Source of the DNA: Candidatus Moranbacteria bacterium RIFCSPHIGHO2_01_FULL_55_24 | GTDB lineage: Bacteria > Patescibacteriota > Minisyncoccia > Moranbacterales > UBA1568 | Length of the DNA stretch: 64,000 nucleotides | Assembly: GCA_001786575.1 (NCBI GenBank) | Contig: MFRW01000003.1 | Location: 8,469 to 72,468, forward strand | Direction: 5' to 3' | In this document: positions 33,369 through 42,201 of the stretch, piece by piece | Numbering within the stretch: position 1 is the first letter of the stretch | How the letters are laid out: each line of letters begins with the position of its first letter | The notes under the pieces: model-generated | The model's input: only the letters and a program-made list of their open reading frames with translations | Told to the model about the DNA's origin: nothing | Database searches by the model: none | Made by a program: the position numbers and the translations under genes

Positions 33369-34345
33369 AGCTCTTTATCTATCTTATTAAACAGGTCCCA
33401 AAATTGCTTAGCTCTAGCCTCGTTATGTTTCGTAGAACTTACATAATGCTCAGAATCCCAGGAAAAATAACTCTGATCAACCGAATCTATCAAAAACCGC
33501 AATGCTAGCTCTAATGTAACACACTTTAGTGCGGATAAGGCTTCGTCATAACCGAGTGCTACTTCAGGATTTCCTTTACAATATCCCACGATAAATTGTC
33601 TAATCCTCTCCGCAAAGCCTAACTTATCATCCAAAGACATCAAAGATCTTAAGCAATCCCCTATATCAATATAGATTGAAGCAAACATGAAAGTATCGTA
33701 ATCAATAAATGTGTAGGGCTTGTTTTCAGATGAAAAGAGGATATTCTCTATGCGCGGATCACCATGTATCAACTGCCGGAAATTCTCTAAGTTTTTAGAA
33801 TACCTTTGCAGATTATCTACGATATTATCTAAAGCATCTCGCAAGCTTTCAGGATAGAGGCTTCGCTCAATCATGAAGGCCTTATTGATATAAAAGTCCT
33901 TGTCATGGAATCCCTCAACCTTATGCAAAGGGAGATATTCCAACGTAGACAAACTCTTATGCAAAGACCCTAAAAGGTTTCCGATATCAAAATAAGCCTC
34001 CTCGTTAAGGAATTCTAGTAAAAAGTCTTTTGCCTCGATGTATTTATAAACCCTCCATATTTCCGACTGAATCAAAACATAATTGCTTCCGTTCTTCGAG
34101 TGCACAAGTATGGGACAGGTCCATCCTTGTTTCGTCAGATGCTCTGCTATAATCTCAAAATCACGCATCAAATCCTTATCAAATATTCCCTGCAAGTGCT
34201 GGACGATATACCTGGACTGATCATTGTTAATTACGTAGAATGTCTCATTAATAAGTCCTCCAGAAAGTTTCTCGACTTCAACGATCCCGCCCAAATCATA
34301 CTGCTCCCAGACTTGCTGGATCTTCTTATGCATTGATGAAATCAT
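33365..34345 (-). CDS. Phosphotransferase, APH / choline-kinase family
   Basis: LIHGDPRIENILF (HGDxxxxN catalytic loop) and IDYDTFM (DxD). Confidence 0.7.
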   Translation of the reverse strand: MISSMHKKIQQVWEQYDLGGIVEVEKLSGGLINETFYVINNDQSRYIVQHLQGIFDKDLMRDFEIIAEHLTKQGWTCPILVHSKNGSNYVLIQSEIWRVYKYIEAKDFLLEFLNEEAYFDIGNLLGSLHKSLSTLEYLPLHKVEGFHDKDFYINKAFMIERSLYPESLRDALDNIVDNLQRYSKNLENFRQLIHGDPRIENILFSSENKPYTFIDYDTFMFASIYIDIGDCLRSLMSLDDKLGFAERIRQFIVGYCKGNPEVALGYDEALSALKCVTLELALRFLIDSVDQSYFSWDSEHYVSSTKHNEARAKQFWDLFNKIDKEL

Positions 34346-35027
34346 ATGGGAAAGCCTTAATGGAGATCTCATCAAAAATTACCCTACTGGGAGTACCTGA
34401 AAGATGCAAGGTCAGGTCAGCAATGTCTTTCGGATGCAAAATATCTTCCTGGACATCCTTATCTACAGAAAGAGACATTTCTGTTAAAACACTCCCTGGA
34501 GACAGCAGGATATAGCGTATGCCTGTATTGAGACCGTCAGACTGCAAAGACTTAACCATGCCCCGCAAACCAGCCTTACTCGCTGCATACGCAGGATCTT
34601 TCGGACTACCAGAAACGCCCCAGCGAGAACCAATAAAAATAAACATGCCCTTCGTGCTTCTCTCCAGAAAGTGCTCCGTGCCATATTTGGCAATATAGAA
34701 AGATCCAGATAAGTTCGTATCTATGGTATCTTGCCAATCCTTACTGTTCGTATTTTCCAGGCTTTTCAATTTTAGTATTCCGGCACAATTAATGATCAAA
34801 TCAAAGTTAACCGATACCGAACCAAAGAGACGCTCAACATTCTCAGATGACGAGATATCAACCGATTGATAGATAAAGTTTTGGTGGTCCTCTAAGTCTT
34901 TCGGCAAATCTTTTGAACGGCTCACTCCATACACGCTATGACCATCTTCCAAAAAGACATGGGCAATTTCAGAGCCTATCCCTCCAGTTACTCCTGTAAT
35001 CAGGACCTGCTTCTGCATCTTATTCAT
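34326..35027 (-). CDS. SDR-family oxidoreductase
   Basis: ITGVTGGIGSE Rossmann motif and YAASKAG catalytic YxxxK. Confidence 0.8.
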   Translation of the reverse strand: MNKMQKQVLITGVTGGIGSEIAHVFLEDGHSVYGVSRSKDLPKDLEDHQNFIYQSVDISSSENVERLFGSVSVNFDLIINCAGILKLKSLENTNSKDWQDTIDTNLSGSFYIAKYGTEHFLERSTKGMFIFIGSRWGVSGSPKDPAYAASKAGLRGMVKSLQSDGLNTGIRYILLSPGSVLTEMSLSVDKDVQEDILHPKDIADLTLHLSGTPSRVIFDEISIKAFPYDFINA

Positions 35028-35967
35028 AGATTTTCTTTAAAGCTTCTTCGCTTAATGCGTGCTCAGAACTAAGCACATAGTCTCGGTCATTCTCGTTCAA
35101 GTCACCCTTATGCTTCTTATTATAGACAAAGAATTGACCATTCTTGGATACGCACGGAACCTCCTCCTCATTGAAAAGCGCTTCGTGAATAGATTCTGCA
35201 AAGGAATTCTCTCCTAAAACCACTGGAATAGTAGCCTTTCTCTTTTTAAGGTATCCCTCCACAAGCTCCGTAATTTTGATGGATGGAGTCTCGATACAGA
35301 TAACATCTCCATGGACTCCACTGTTCAAAGCATATTCGACCAAATCTACCACATCGCTCTCAGTCAGGATATAACGTGTCATCTCCTGGTTGCGTATGGT
35401 AAATGCTTCGCCCCGCTGAATATGATTCTCTAGCTTTTCCAGAACAGAGCCGTTCGAATACAAGATGTTGCCAAACCGGATATTTATAAAATCAACACCC
35501 TCAATGTCCGATTCTCGGCTCAGATCTTCGATAGCTTTCTTCGAAGCTCCCATGGCCGAAAGCGGCTTGGCTGCCTTATCAGAAGAACACAAAATGACCT
35601 TCCGAACACCCGTGTGCTTTTTCGCTATGTCCCTTACCCTTTTGAAGACCTCGACGTTTTCGGTCATAACTTTTTCCGGAAAAGCAACTCCTACCGAAAA
35701 ATGCTTTAATGCAGCACAGTGAATAATGTAAGAAATTTCCGTCTGTCCCAAAAAGTTCTCTAGAAAAGACTCCTCAAGAACGTCTCCAAATAGCACATAC
35801 AGACTTTTGCCATTCCCGCTTATACGCTGCATATCCAATAGTCGAGCTGCTCCTTCTTCCGCCCGGTCGACTACATAAACCCGAAAACCTTCACCAAGAA
35901 AAAACCTCGTTAGTATAAGGCCTACCGTCCCGCCGGCTCCTGTGATCAAAATGTTCTTCCCATTCAT
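35020..35967 (-). CDS. CapD / PseB-like NAD-dependent sugar epimerase/dehydratase (Polysacc_synt_2)
   Basis: ITGAGGTVG; SSDKAAKPLSAMGASKKAIE, compare CapD STDKAVNPTNVMGATK. Confidence 0.75.
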   Translation of the reverse strand: MNGKNILITGAGGTVGLILTRFFLGEGFRVYVVDRAEEGAARLLDMQRISGNGKSLYVLFGDVLEESFLENFLGQTEISYIIHCAALKHFSVGVAFPEKVMTENVEVFKRVRDIAKKHTGVRKVILCSSDKAAKPLSAMGASKKAIEDLSRESDIEGVDFINIRFGNILYSNGSVLEKLENHIQRGEAFTIRNQEMTRYILTESDVVDLVEYALNSGVHGDVICIETPSIKITELVEGYLKKRKATIPVVLGENSFAESIHEALFNEEEVPCVSKNGQFFVYNKKHKGDLNENDRDYVLSSEHALSEEALKKIYE

Positions 35968-36020
35968 AATACTTTAGAAAAAAGACGCCCGATATTTACA
36001 AAGTATAGGACGCCCAGGAT

Positions 36021-36758
36021 TTAATTCAAAGTTGGCTCACCAAAGTATTTTGTTATGACTGACGGATTATCAGACAGCTTTTTAAAGTTTTCTGGCGTGC
36101 CAAAATCATAAAAGAACTTGTTGTTCACAATACCCCAGATGTTTGGCGCTAATCTCTGCATCGATTCTCTCTCAACATAGAGATCCAAGCCAAGGTCTAC
36201 TGTTCTCAAAAAAGCTTCTTTCCTGAGAGCATAGAAGCCCGTCGTACTGGCCCGCAGTCCGGGAACGCAGTTTTCTGAATCCCACAAGCTCATAACCTTT
36301 TTTGATTGAGAGTCAATTTTTACCATCCCAGAATTTGGAACATTCTTGCGAGTAGTCACCAAAACAGAACAATGCGCATCTCTCTCTACATGTGTTTCGA
36401 TGAAATGCCGTAGATTAAGATTCCAAATATTATCTGCCGTTAGCAAGAGCGTATCCCTACACTTTACTTGGGATACTCCAACATAAGAGCTCTGCGCCGT
36501 ACTCTTTGGATACTTTTCTACGACAAGCCTTACTGAAGAAGGAAAATTATTTCTAATCTCATCTTCAATCAGCTCGGCCTGAGATACCTGGCTACCGGTT
36601 ACCACAATATCTGATATGCCGTTATTCAACAGCCAGAAAATCACATACCGCAGAAACGGAACCCCATCAAACGGCAGAAGACACTTTGGCTTATGTTTAC
36701 ATATATCACCAAGGCGAGTTGCTCGTCCTGATGCAATAATAACCGCTGACATATTCAT
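36021..36758 (-). CDS. Sugar-phosphate nucleotidyltransferase (NTP_transferase family)
   Basis: IIASGRATRLG, compare the GxGTRL signature. About 245 aa. Confidence 0.7.
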   Translation of the reverse strand: MNMSAVIIASGRATRLGDICKHKPKCLLPFDGVPFLRYVIFWLLNNGISDIVVTGSQVSQAELIEDEIRNNFPSSVRLVVEKYPKSTAQSSYVGVSQVKCRDTLLLTADNIWNLNLRHFIETHVERDAHCSVLVTTRKNVPNSGMVKIDSQSKKVMSLWDSENCVPGLRASTTGFYALRKEAFLRTVDLGLDLYVERESMQRLAPNIWGIVNNKFFYDFGTPENFKKLSDNPSVITKYFGEPTLN

Positions 36759-36904
36759 CAGAACCTCCTATGAAAGCTCCTACCATAAGCAAGAGTTTGT
36801 CTGATCTCAAGTGAACTAGACTCAATAACTTATTTTAAAGGTGCAACAAGATACAATACCTTTATTTCGGGCTTTTGTCAATATTGAAATATTACTGTGA
36901 TATG

Positions 36905-36981
36905 AAACCTAAAAAAATAAAATCGCCCCTGGAGAGGCGACTTTATAGCACAAAATTCCGCACCCTTGGGTGCGGAATTTT
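36905..36981 (-). terminator. Two tandem intrinsic terminators downstream of the tRNA array
   Basis: Perfect 12-bp hairpin aattccgcaccc-ttg-gggtgcggaatt, plus a tcgcc...ggcga hairpin. Each is followed by a T-run on the minus strand. Confidence 0.6.
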
Positions 36982-36989
36982 GTTTAATG

Positions 36990-37063
36990 CGGGAGCGACG
37001 GGACTCGAACCCGCGACCTTCTGCGTGACAGGCAGACGCTCTAACCAGCTGAGCTACACCCCC
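36990..37063 (-). tRNA. tRNA-Asp (GTC)
   Basis: Cloverleaf folded by hand. Anticodon loop CTGTCAC. Acceptor gggggtg/cgctccc. T-loop TTCGAGT. CCA is not encoded. Confidence 0.85.
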
Positions 37064-37072
37064 ATAAACCGG

Positions 37073-37146
37073 TGACAGGGGTGAGGATCGAACTCACGAC
37101 CTAGGGGTTATGATTCCCTCGCTCTAACCATCTGAGCTACCCTGCC
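37073..37146 (-). tRNA. tRNA-Met (CAT), elongator or tRNA-Ile2 (lysidine)
   Basis: Anticodon loop ATCATAA. G1-C72 paired. Y11:R24. An A31.C39 mismatch. Confidence 0.8.
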
Positions 37147-37200
37147 CTGTTGCCTTTTTTTTGAAAAAACAAAAGCCAGAGAACCGGCCCGTTTCTTTGT

Positions 37201-37273
37201 TGCGGGGGGTGGATTCGAACCACCGACCTTCTGGTTATGAGCCAGACGAGCTGCCAGACTGCTCTACCCCGCT
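37201..37273 (-). tRNA. Initiator tRNA-fMet (CAT)
   Basis: Very similar to E. coli tRNA-fMet (GCGGGG...CUCAUAA...CCCCGCAA). 1:72 mismatch (A.A), A11:U24, anticodon loop CTCATAA. Confidence 0.8.
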
Positions 37274-37300
37274 CTGTTTGTCTATTATATACCGTTTCTG

Positions 37301-37374
37301 TGGGTGATCCAAGATTCGAACTTGGGACCTCGTCATTATCAGTGACGCGCTCTAACCAACTGAGCTAATCACCC
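37301..37374 (-). tRNA. tRNA-Ile (GAT)
   Basis: Anticodon loop CTGATAA. Acceptor gggtgat/atcaccc. Confidence 0.85.
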
Positions 37375-37472
37375 CCGAGACACTAAAAATAGCACTTGGA
37401 AAGATACCACGATCCGGGAAAAGAATCAAGAGGCAGAAGAAAGGATGCCCTATGACAAGCACCTTCTTACCC

Positions 37473-37548
37473 TGGTGGACCCTATCGGATTCGAACCGAT
37501 GACCTCCGCTTTGCAAAAGCGGCGCTCTACCAACTAAGCTAAGGGCCC
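37473..37548 (-). tRNA. tRNA-Ala (TGC)
   Basis: Anticodon loop TTTGCAA. G3.U70 identity pair. CCA is encoded. Confidence 0.85.
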
Positions 37549-37549
37549 A
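37532..37549. repeat. 18-bp direct repeat copy 1, equal to the tRNA-Ala 5' end
   Basis: aactaagctaagggccca. An identical copy lies at 37843-37860. Confidence 0.7.
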
Positions 37550-37791
37550 TTGCTTATAGTCAAGTCGAGAAACTTTCTTCCTTGTCCCGACTTGAGAAAC
37601 TTTTCTCTTCTGATTGCAGATACTTTATCTGAATATTCTTCTGTATATACTAATATGAAAGGGCTATTTTGTCTCGTAAACTTATTCGATCCTAAGTTAT
37701 GTTCTTTTAATCGTGACAATGGGTCCTTGCCGGTATAACCCGTATATCTCTTCCCATTCCTTTGGCTTTTCAATACGTAGACTGTAAACAT
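37534..37791 (-). CDS. Small stand-alone GIY-YIG nuclease-family protein (YhbQ/UPF0213-like)
   Basis: MFTVYVLKS..GKRYTGYTGKDPLSRLKEHN is GIY-YIG. The last 5 codons and the TAG stop are encoded by nucleotides 1-15 of tRNA-Ala. Confidence 0.55.
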   Translation of the reverse strand: MFTVYVLKSQRNGKRYTGYTGKDPLSRLKEHNLGSNKFTRQNSPFILVYTEEYSDKVSAIRREKFLKSGQGRKFLDLTISNGPLA

Positions 37792-37842
37792 ATAGCTGTG
37801 CTGACGCTCACCCCAGCCGAAGGCTGGTCCGCCTCTGGCGGA

Positions 37843-37860
37843 AACTAAGCTAAGGGCCCA
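37843..37860. repeat. 18-bp direct repeat copy 2, a partial tRNA-Ala 5' fragment
   Basis: Identical 18-mer. On the minus strand it is followed by two short hairpins (tccgcc-aga-ggcgga, ccagcc-ttcg-gctgg). Confidence 0.7.
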
Positions 37861-37973
37861 GATAGTCTATTTGTAAACGCTCATGATTATATCGAGAAAA
37901 CGCCTCTTTGTAAAGAGAACAATTTGCCAGGACAAAAGGCTTGCGCCACAATAGCGGTATCCGAAATACAAAA

Positions 37974-39089
37974 ATGCAGAAGGAGGAATACAAATACTTG
38001 AATGCGTTCCGCAGTCTGGCGCCGGTCGGCGACAAGACGCTCCGGCTCCTCCTGGAGCGTTTCGGTTCGGCCGAAGCCGCCTGGAAAGCCTCGGCCGTCG
38101 ATTTCGCTGCGATGCCCGGCATAAGCAAGAGTGCTGGGGAAGCCCTCGCCAGAAGAGAGACGCTGGTAAACCCCGAAGAAGCCTGGGAGCTCGTCGAGAA
38201 GGCGGAGATCCGCATGCTCCGCGAGGATGATCCGCTCTACCCGCGCGTCCTCCGCGAAATTCCCGACCGTCCCCTCTTCCTCTATGTCCGCGGCAGTTAC
38301 GATTGGACCAGAGAAAAGCCGGCCATCGCCATCGTCGGCTCGCGCAAGTTCACCCACTACGGCGAGCAGGCAGCCGAACGCCTTGCCTACGACCTAGCCC
38401 GGGCCGGCTGCGTCATCGTCTCCGGACTCGCCTTCGGCATAGACAAGATCGCCCATACCGGAGCGCTCCAAGCGGACGGCGAAACGCTTGCCGTCCTCGC
38501 CGGCGGGATTGATGATGCCGGGATCAACCCGCGGAGCCACGTGCCGCTCGGCAAGCGCATCCTCGAGGCCGGCGCCCTCGTTTCCGAATTCCCGCCCGGT
38601 ACCATACCGCTCCCCGCCTACTTCCCGATGCGGAACCGCATCATTGCCGGCATCTCCCTGGGTACGCTGGTCATAGAAGCTGCCGAGCAAAGCGGCAGCC
38701 TCATCACCGCCCGCCTCGCTTTGGAGTACGATCGCGAGGTCTTCGCCGTTCCCGGCTCCATCTTCTCGCCGGCCTCTGCCGGCACCAACGCCCTGCTCCG
38801 AAGCGGCGCCAAAGCCGTGACGAACGTCCGCGATATTCTCGAAGAATTCCCGCTGTTTTCGGAGTCCGGCAAAACGCCCGGACAGGCGGAAGCGAAGCCC
38901 TCTCTTCTCCTCTCGGAAGCCGAAGAGAAAGTCCTCGCTGCGCTTTCCCACGACCCCCTCCACGTTGACAGGATTATTAAAGCGGCTAGACTGGGAACCA
39001 TTGACGTACAGTCAGCTTTGACGATGCTCGAGCTGAAAGGGATTGCCAGAAACATAGGAGGCATGCACTATATACGGCAATACCCTTAA
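37974..39089 (+). CDS. dprA: DNA processing protein DprA/Smf
   Basis: Rossmann-like DprA core (IVSGLAFGID, GTxxxxxxA, FPxRNRIIAG) and a C-terminal winged-helix domain. Start at MQKEEY. Confidence 0.9.
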   Translation: MQKEEYKYLNAFRSLAPVGDKTLRLLLERFGSAEAAWKASAVDFAAMPGISKSAGEALARRETLVNPEEAWELVEKAEIRMLREDDPLYPRVLREIPDRPLFLYVRGSYDWTREKPAIAIVGSRKFTHYGEQAAERLAYDLARAGCVIVSGLAFGIDKIAHTGALQADGETLAVLAGGIDDAGINPRSHVPLGKRILEAGALVSEFPPGTIPLPAYFPMRNRIIAGISLGTLVIEAAEQSGSLITARLALEYDREVFAVPGSIFSPASAGTNALLRSGAKAVTNVRDILEEFPLFSESGKTPGQAEAKPSLLLSEAEEKVLAALSHDPLHVDRIIKAARLGTIDVQSALTMLELKGIARNIGGMHYIRQYP

Positions 39090-39116
39090 TTCACCCAACT
39101 TTCCTTTCTCTATTAT

Positions 39117-41306
39117 ATGAAGCTCCTCATCGTCGAATCGCCATCCAAAGCCAAGACTATCGAGAAGTACCTGGATAATGAGTACCGCGTGGTCGCCTCT
39201 ATCGGGCATATCCGGGACCTCCCCAAAAACAACAAGAAGGCCATCGACATCGAGGGCGGCTTCGTGCCGCACTACGAAATCTCCCCCGGCAAGGAGAAGG
39301 TGGTTTCGGAACTGAAAAGCCTCGCCAAGAAAAGCGACGAAGTACTCCTCGCAACCGACCCCGACCGCGAAGGCGAAGCGATCGCGTGGCACGTCGCCGA
39401 AACCTGCGGCCTGAAGAAACCGAAGCGCGTCCTCTTCTACGAGATCACCCCAAGCGCCGTCAAAGAAGCGATGAAGCATCCGCGCGACCTCGACGAACAT
39501 CTGCGCCGCGCCCAAGAAGCGCGCCGGGTCCTCGACCGGCTCGTGGGCTATGATCTCTCCGGCCTGATCTGGAAAAAGGTGCGCTACGGACTGTCCGCCG
39601 GGCGCGTCCAATCCCCTGCGCTCCATATACTCGTAACGCGGGAACTGGAGATTCGCGCCTTCAAACCGGAAGCCTACTGGGTGCTCACGGCCGATGTCAC
39701 GACGCCTAAAGGCGAGCTCATCACGCTCACCGCGACCGAAGAGCCACGGAACGAAGCACGTGTCGAGGAGATTCTTGCCCTCGGCAAGAAAGGCTCCTGG
39801 AAAGTTACCGACGTGAAAGAAACGGAAGTGGCCAAGCGTCCCCGCGCGCCGTTCACTACTTCTACCCTCCAGCAGGCAGCGAGCTCGCGCCTCGGCTTTT
39901 CCCCGAGCCGCACCATGCGCGTGGCCCAGAAGCTCTATGAGAATGGGCACATCACCTACATGCGTACCGACAGCACCTCTTTGAGCAAAGAGGCTATCGG
40001 GACCATCGCCAATGCGGTCGAGAGCGAATTCGGGAAAGACTCTCTCTCTATCCGCCAATACAAGACCAGGAGCAAGAATGCCCAGGAAGCCCATGAGGCG
40101 ATCCGTCCGACGCGCGCCGACAAGAAGACTGCCGGCACCACCGACGAAGAAAAGAAGCTCTATACTCTCATCCGTGTCCGCACGCTTGCTTCGCAGATGA
40201 GCGATGCCCGCACGCTCCGCACCAAGATCACCGCGAATACCGGAGATGAAGGCATGCCGGACTTTACCGTAACCGGCTCACGCCTGCTCTTCGCCGGCTG
40301 GCTCGCTCTCGACACGGCCGCTCAAGGCGAAGACACGATGCTGCCGAAAACCGCCGCAGGAGAGGCGCTCGCCTTGAAGGATCTCCGTTCCGAAGGCAAA
40401 GAAACGCTCCCGCCCAACCGCTACTCCGAAGCTGGTCTCGTGAAAGAGCTCGAGAAGCGCGGTATCGGCCGGCCGAGCACCTACGCCTCGATCATCAAGA
40501 CCATCGTCGACCGCGGCTATGTGACCAAGGATGGGAAAGCGCTCGTACCCACAGAAACCGGTGAAGTCGTCGACACCTTCCTTTCCGAACACTTCCAAGA
40601 CTTCGTCTCGGATACCTTCACCGCAGAAATGGAAAACAAGCTCGACGATATCGCCGAAGGCACGCGCGACTACGAGGAAACGCTCCGCGAATTCTATACC
40701 CCCTTCACCAAGGAAGTGAAGTCCAAAGACAAGCTCGAAAAGATGACGAACCTCGGGGACGCGCCTGAAGGCACCGTCTGCCCCAAGTGCGGAAGCAAGA
40801 TGATCGTGAAGCTCGCCAAGAACGGCAAGTTCCTCTCCTGCTCGCGTTTCCCGGAATGCGACGGAGCCCGGACCATAGACGGCAAAGAGCTCGAAGGCCC
40901 CAAAGAGACCGGCGAGGCCTGTCCCAAGTGCAAAGACGGCAAACTCGTGGAGCGCGACGGGCGCTTCGGGCGCTTCGTGGCCTGCTCCAATTATCCGAAA
41001 TGCAAATACATCAAGAAGGATGAGTCATCGATGCCGACCACCGGAGTGAAATGCCCCGTCTGCAACAAGGGCGAGATGGTCGAGCGGCGCGGACGCTATG
41101 GCATCTTCTACAGCTGTTCCAACTATCCCGACTGCAAGAACGCCATCAAGTCCAAGCCGACCGGAAAACTCTGCGAGTATATCCGCGAGGACAAAGGCGG
41201 CAAGCCCTGCGGCGCGCTCATGATGGAGGGAACCAAGACGATCCCCGAACGCTGCAGCGACAAGACCTGTCCCAACCACAACCCGCACAAGCTGGAAAAG
41301 AAGTAA
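39117..41306 (+). CDS. topA: DNA topoisomerase I with three C-terminal C4 zinc ribbons
   Basis: TOPRIM (ESPSKAKTI, DxD), active-site Tyr region, and three CPxCx16-18CxxC repeats. Confidence 0.95.
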   Translation: MKLLIVESPSKAKTIEKYLDNEYRVVASIGHIRDLPKNNKKAIDIEGGFVPHYEISPGKEKVVSELKSLAKKSDEVLLATDPDREGEAIAWHVAETCGLKKPKRVLFYEITPSAVKEAMKHPRDLDEHLRRAQEARRVLDRLVGYDLSGLIWKKVRYGLSAGRVQSPALHILVTRELEIRAFKPEAYWVLTADVTTPKGELITLTATEEPRNEARVEEILALGKKGSWKVTDVKETEVAKRPRAPFTTSTLQQAASSRLGFSPSRTMRVAQKLYENGHITYMRTDSTSLSKEAIGTIANAVESEFGKDSLSIRQYKTRSKNAQEAHEAIRPTRADKKTAGTTDEEKKLYTLIRVRTLASQMSDARTLRTKITANTGDEGMPDFTVTGSRLLFAGWLALDTAAQGEDTMLPKTAAGEALALKDLRSEGKETLPPNRYSEAGLVKELEKRGIGRPSTYASIIKTIVDRGYVTKDGKALVPTETGEVVDTFLSEHFQDFVSDTFTAEMENKLDDIAEGTRDYEETLREFYTPFTKEVKSKDKLEKMTNLGDAPEGTVCPKCGSKMIVKLAKNGKFLSCSRFPECDGARTIDGKELEGPKETGEACPKCKDGKLVERDGRFGRFVACSNYPKCKYIKKDESSMPTTGVKCPVCNKGEMVERRGRYGIFYSCSNYPDCKNAIKSKPTGKLCEYIREDKGGKPCGALMMEGTKTIPERCSDKTCPNHNPHKLEKK

Positions 41307-41310
41307 ACCG

Positions 41311-41337
41311 AAACTCCCCTTTCCGGGGAGTTTTTTC
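41311..41337. terminator. Bidirectional intrinsic terminator between convergent topA and znuB
   Basis: ctcccc-tttcc-ggggag followed by tttttt. Confidence 0.6.
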
Positions 41338-41358
41338 TACGCGCTGTTTGAAAGATTT

Positions 41359-42192
41359 TCACATTATCCTTCTCAATTCCTTCCACGCCACCAAGAGGAC
41401 AAGCCAGCCGATCGTCACGAGAACGATCATGGCTCCGCTTGGAAAAGCGAAGAGTTGCGCCAAGAGAAGTCCGAGAACAGTGCTTGAAAGCGAAAGGAGA
41501 AGAGCTATGAAAAACGTTTTCCAGAAGCCTTTGCCAAGCTGCATCGAAGCGAGGACAGGGATAACCAGAAGCGCTCCAATCATGAGCGATCCGACCATAG
41601 AAAGGGCCAGCGTAATGAAAGCGGTCACTGCAAAGAAAAAAAGAAATTGGAACAAGCCCTTCGATACCCCGCTCACTTGGGCCAATTCTTCGTCGAGAGC
41701 CATCATGAAATATTCTTTCTGGTAACGATACACCGCTATTCCCAATACCACGAGCATCAGAGCTAGTACACCGATCTGAAGCCACGTCACCTCCGCAATG
41801 CTTCCGAAAAGAAAACTCTCGATCCCGCCATGTTCCTCGCGATCATGAGCGTGCCCACCTTCTTCATGGATGTCCAGAAAAATGATGGAAAGCGCCAGGC
41901 TGCCCGAAAGGAAAAGCGCCATAAGCGCATCCGTCGACGTCTTCCATCTCGTTCTCGCCCGTTCGATTCCGAGGCTAGCGAGAAACGTGGTCGCGAATGC
42001 CCCGATAAGCATGGGAATGCGGAAAAGAAGAGCGAGAGCGATCCCGAGCAGTCCGACATGGGAAAGAGCATCTACCAGAAGAGAGTACCGCCTCGTCACC
42101 AGATATAAGCCGATCATCGGAGCAATGGCAGCAAGAAGCAGGCCTGCGACGAGAATCTTTTGGAAATGAGAATCAAGAAAAATTTCAATCAT
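41359..42192 (-). CDS. znuB: Metal (Zn/Mn) ABC transporter permease, ABC-3 family
   Basis: Polytopic ZnuB/MntB-like sequence. Confidence 0.8.
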   Translation of the reverse strand: MIEIFLDSHFQKILVAGLLLAAIAPMIGLYLVTRRYSLLVDALSHVGLLGIALALLFRIPMLIGAFATTFLASLGIERARTRWKTSTDALMALFLSGSLALSIIFLDIHEEGGHAHDREEHGGIESFLFGSIAEVTWLQIGVLALMLVVLGIAVYRYQKEYFMMALDEELAQVSGVSKGLFQFLFFFAVTAFITLALSMVGSLMIGALLVIPVLASMQLGKGFWKTFFIALLLSLSSTVLGLLLAQLFAFPSGAMIVLVTIGWLVLLVAWKELRRIM

Positions 42193-42201
42193 ACGCGTGC
42201 T

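Noticed and set aside
39012-40094. 360-aa minus-strand ORF inside topA
   Set aside because: TopA motifs are unambiguous on the plus strand.
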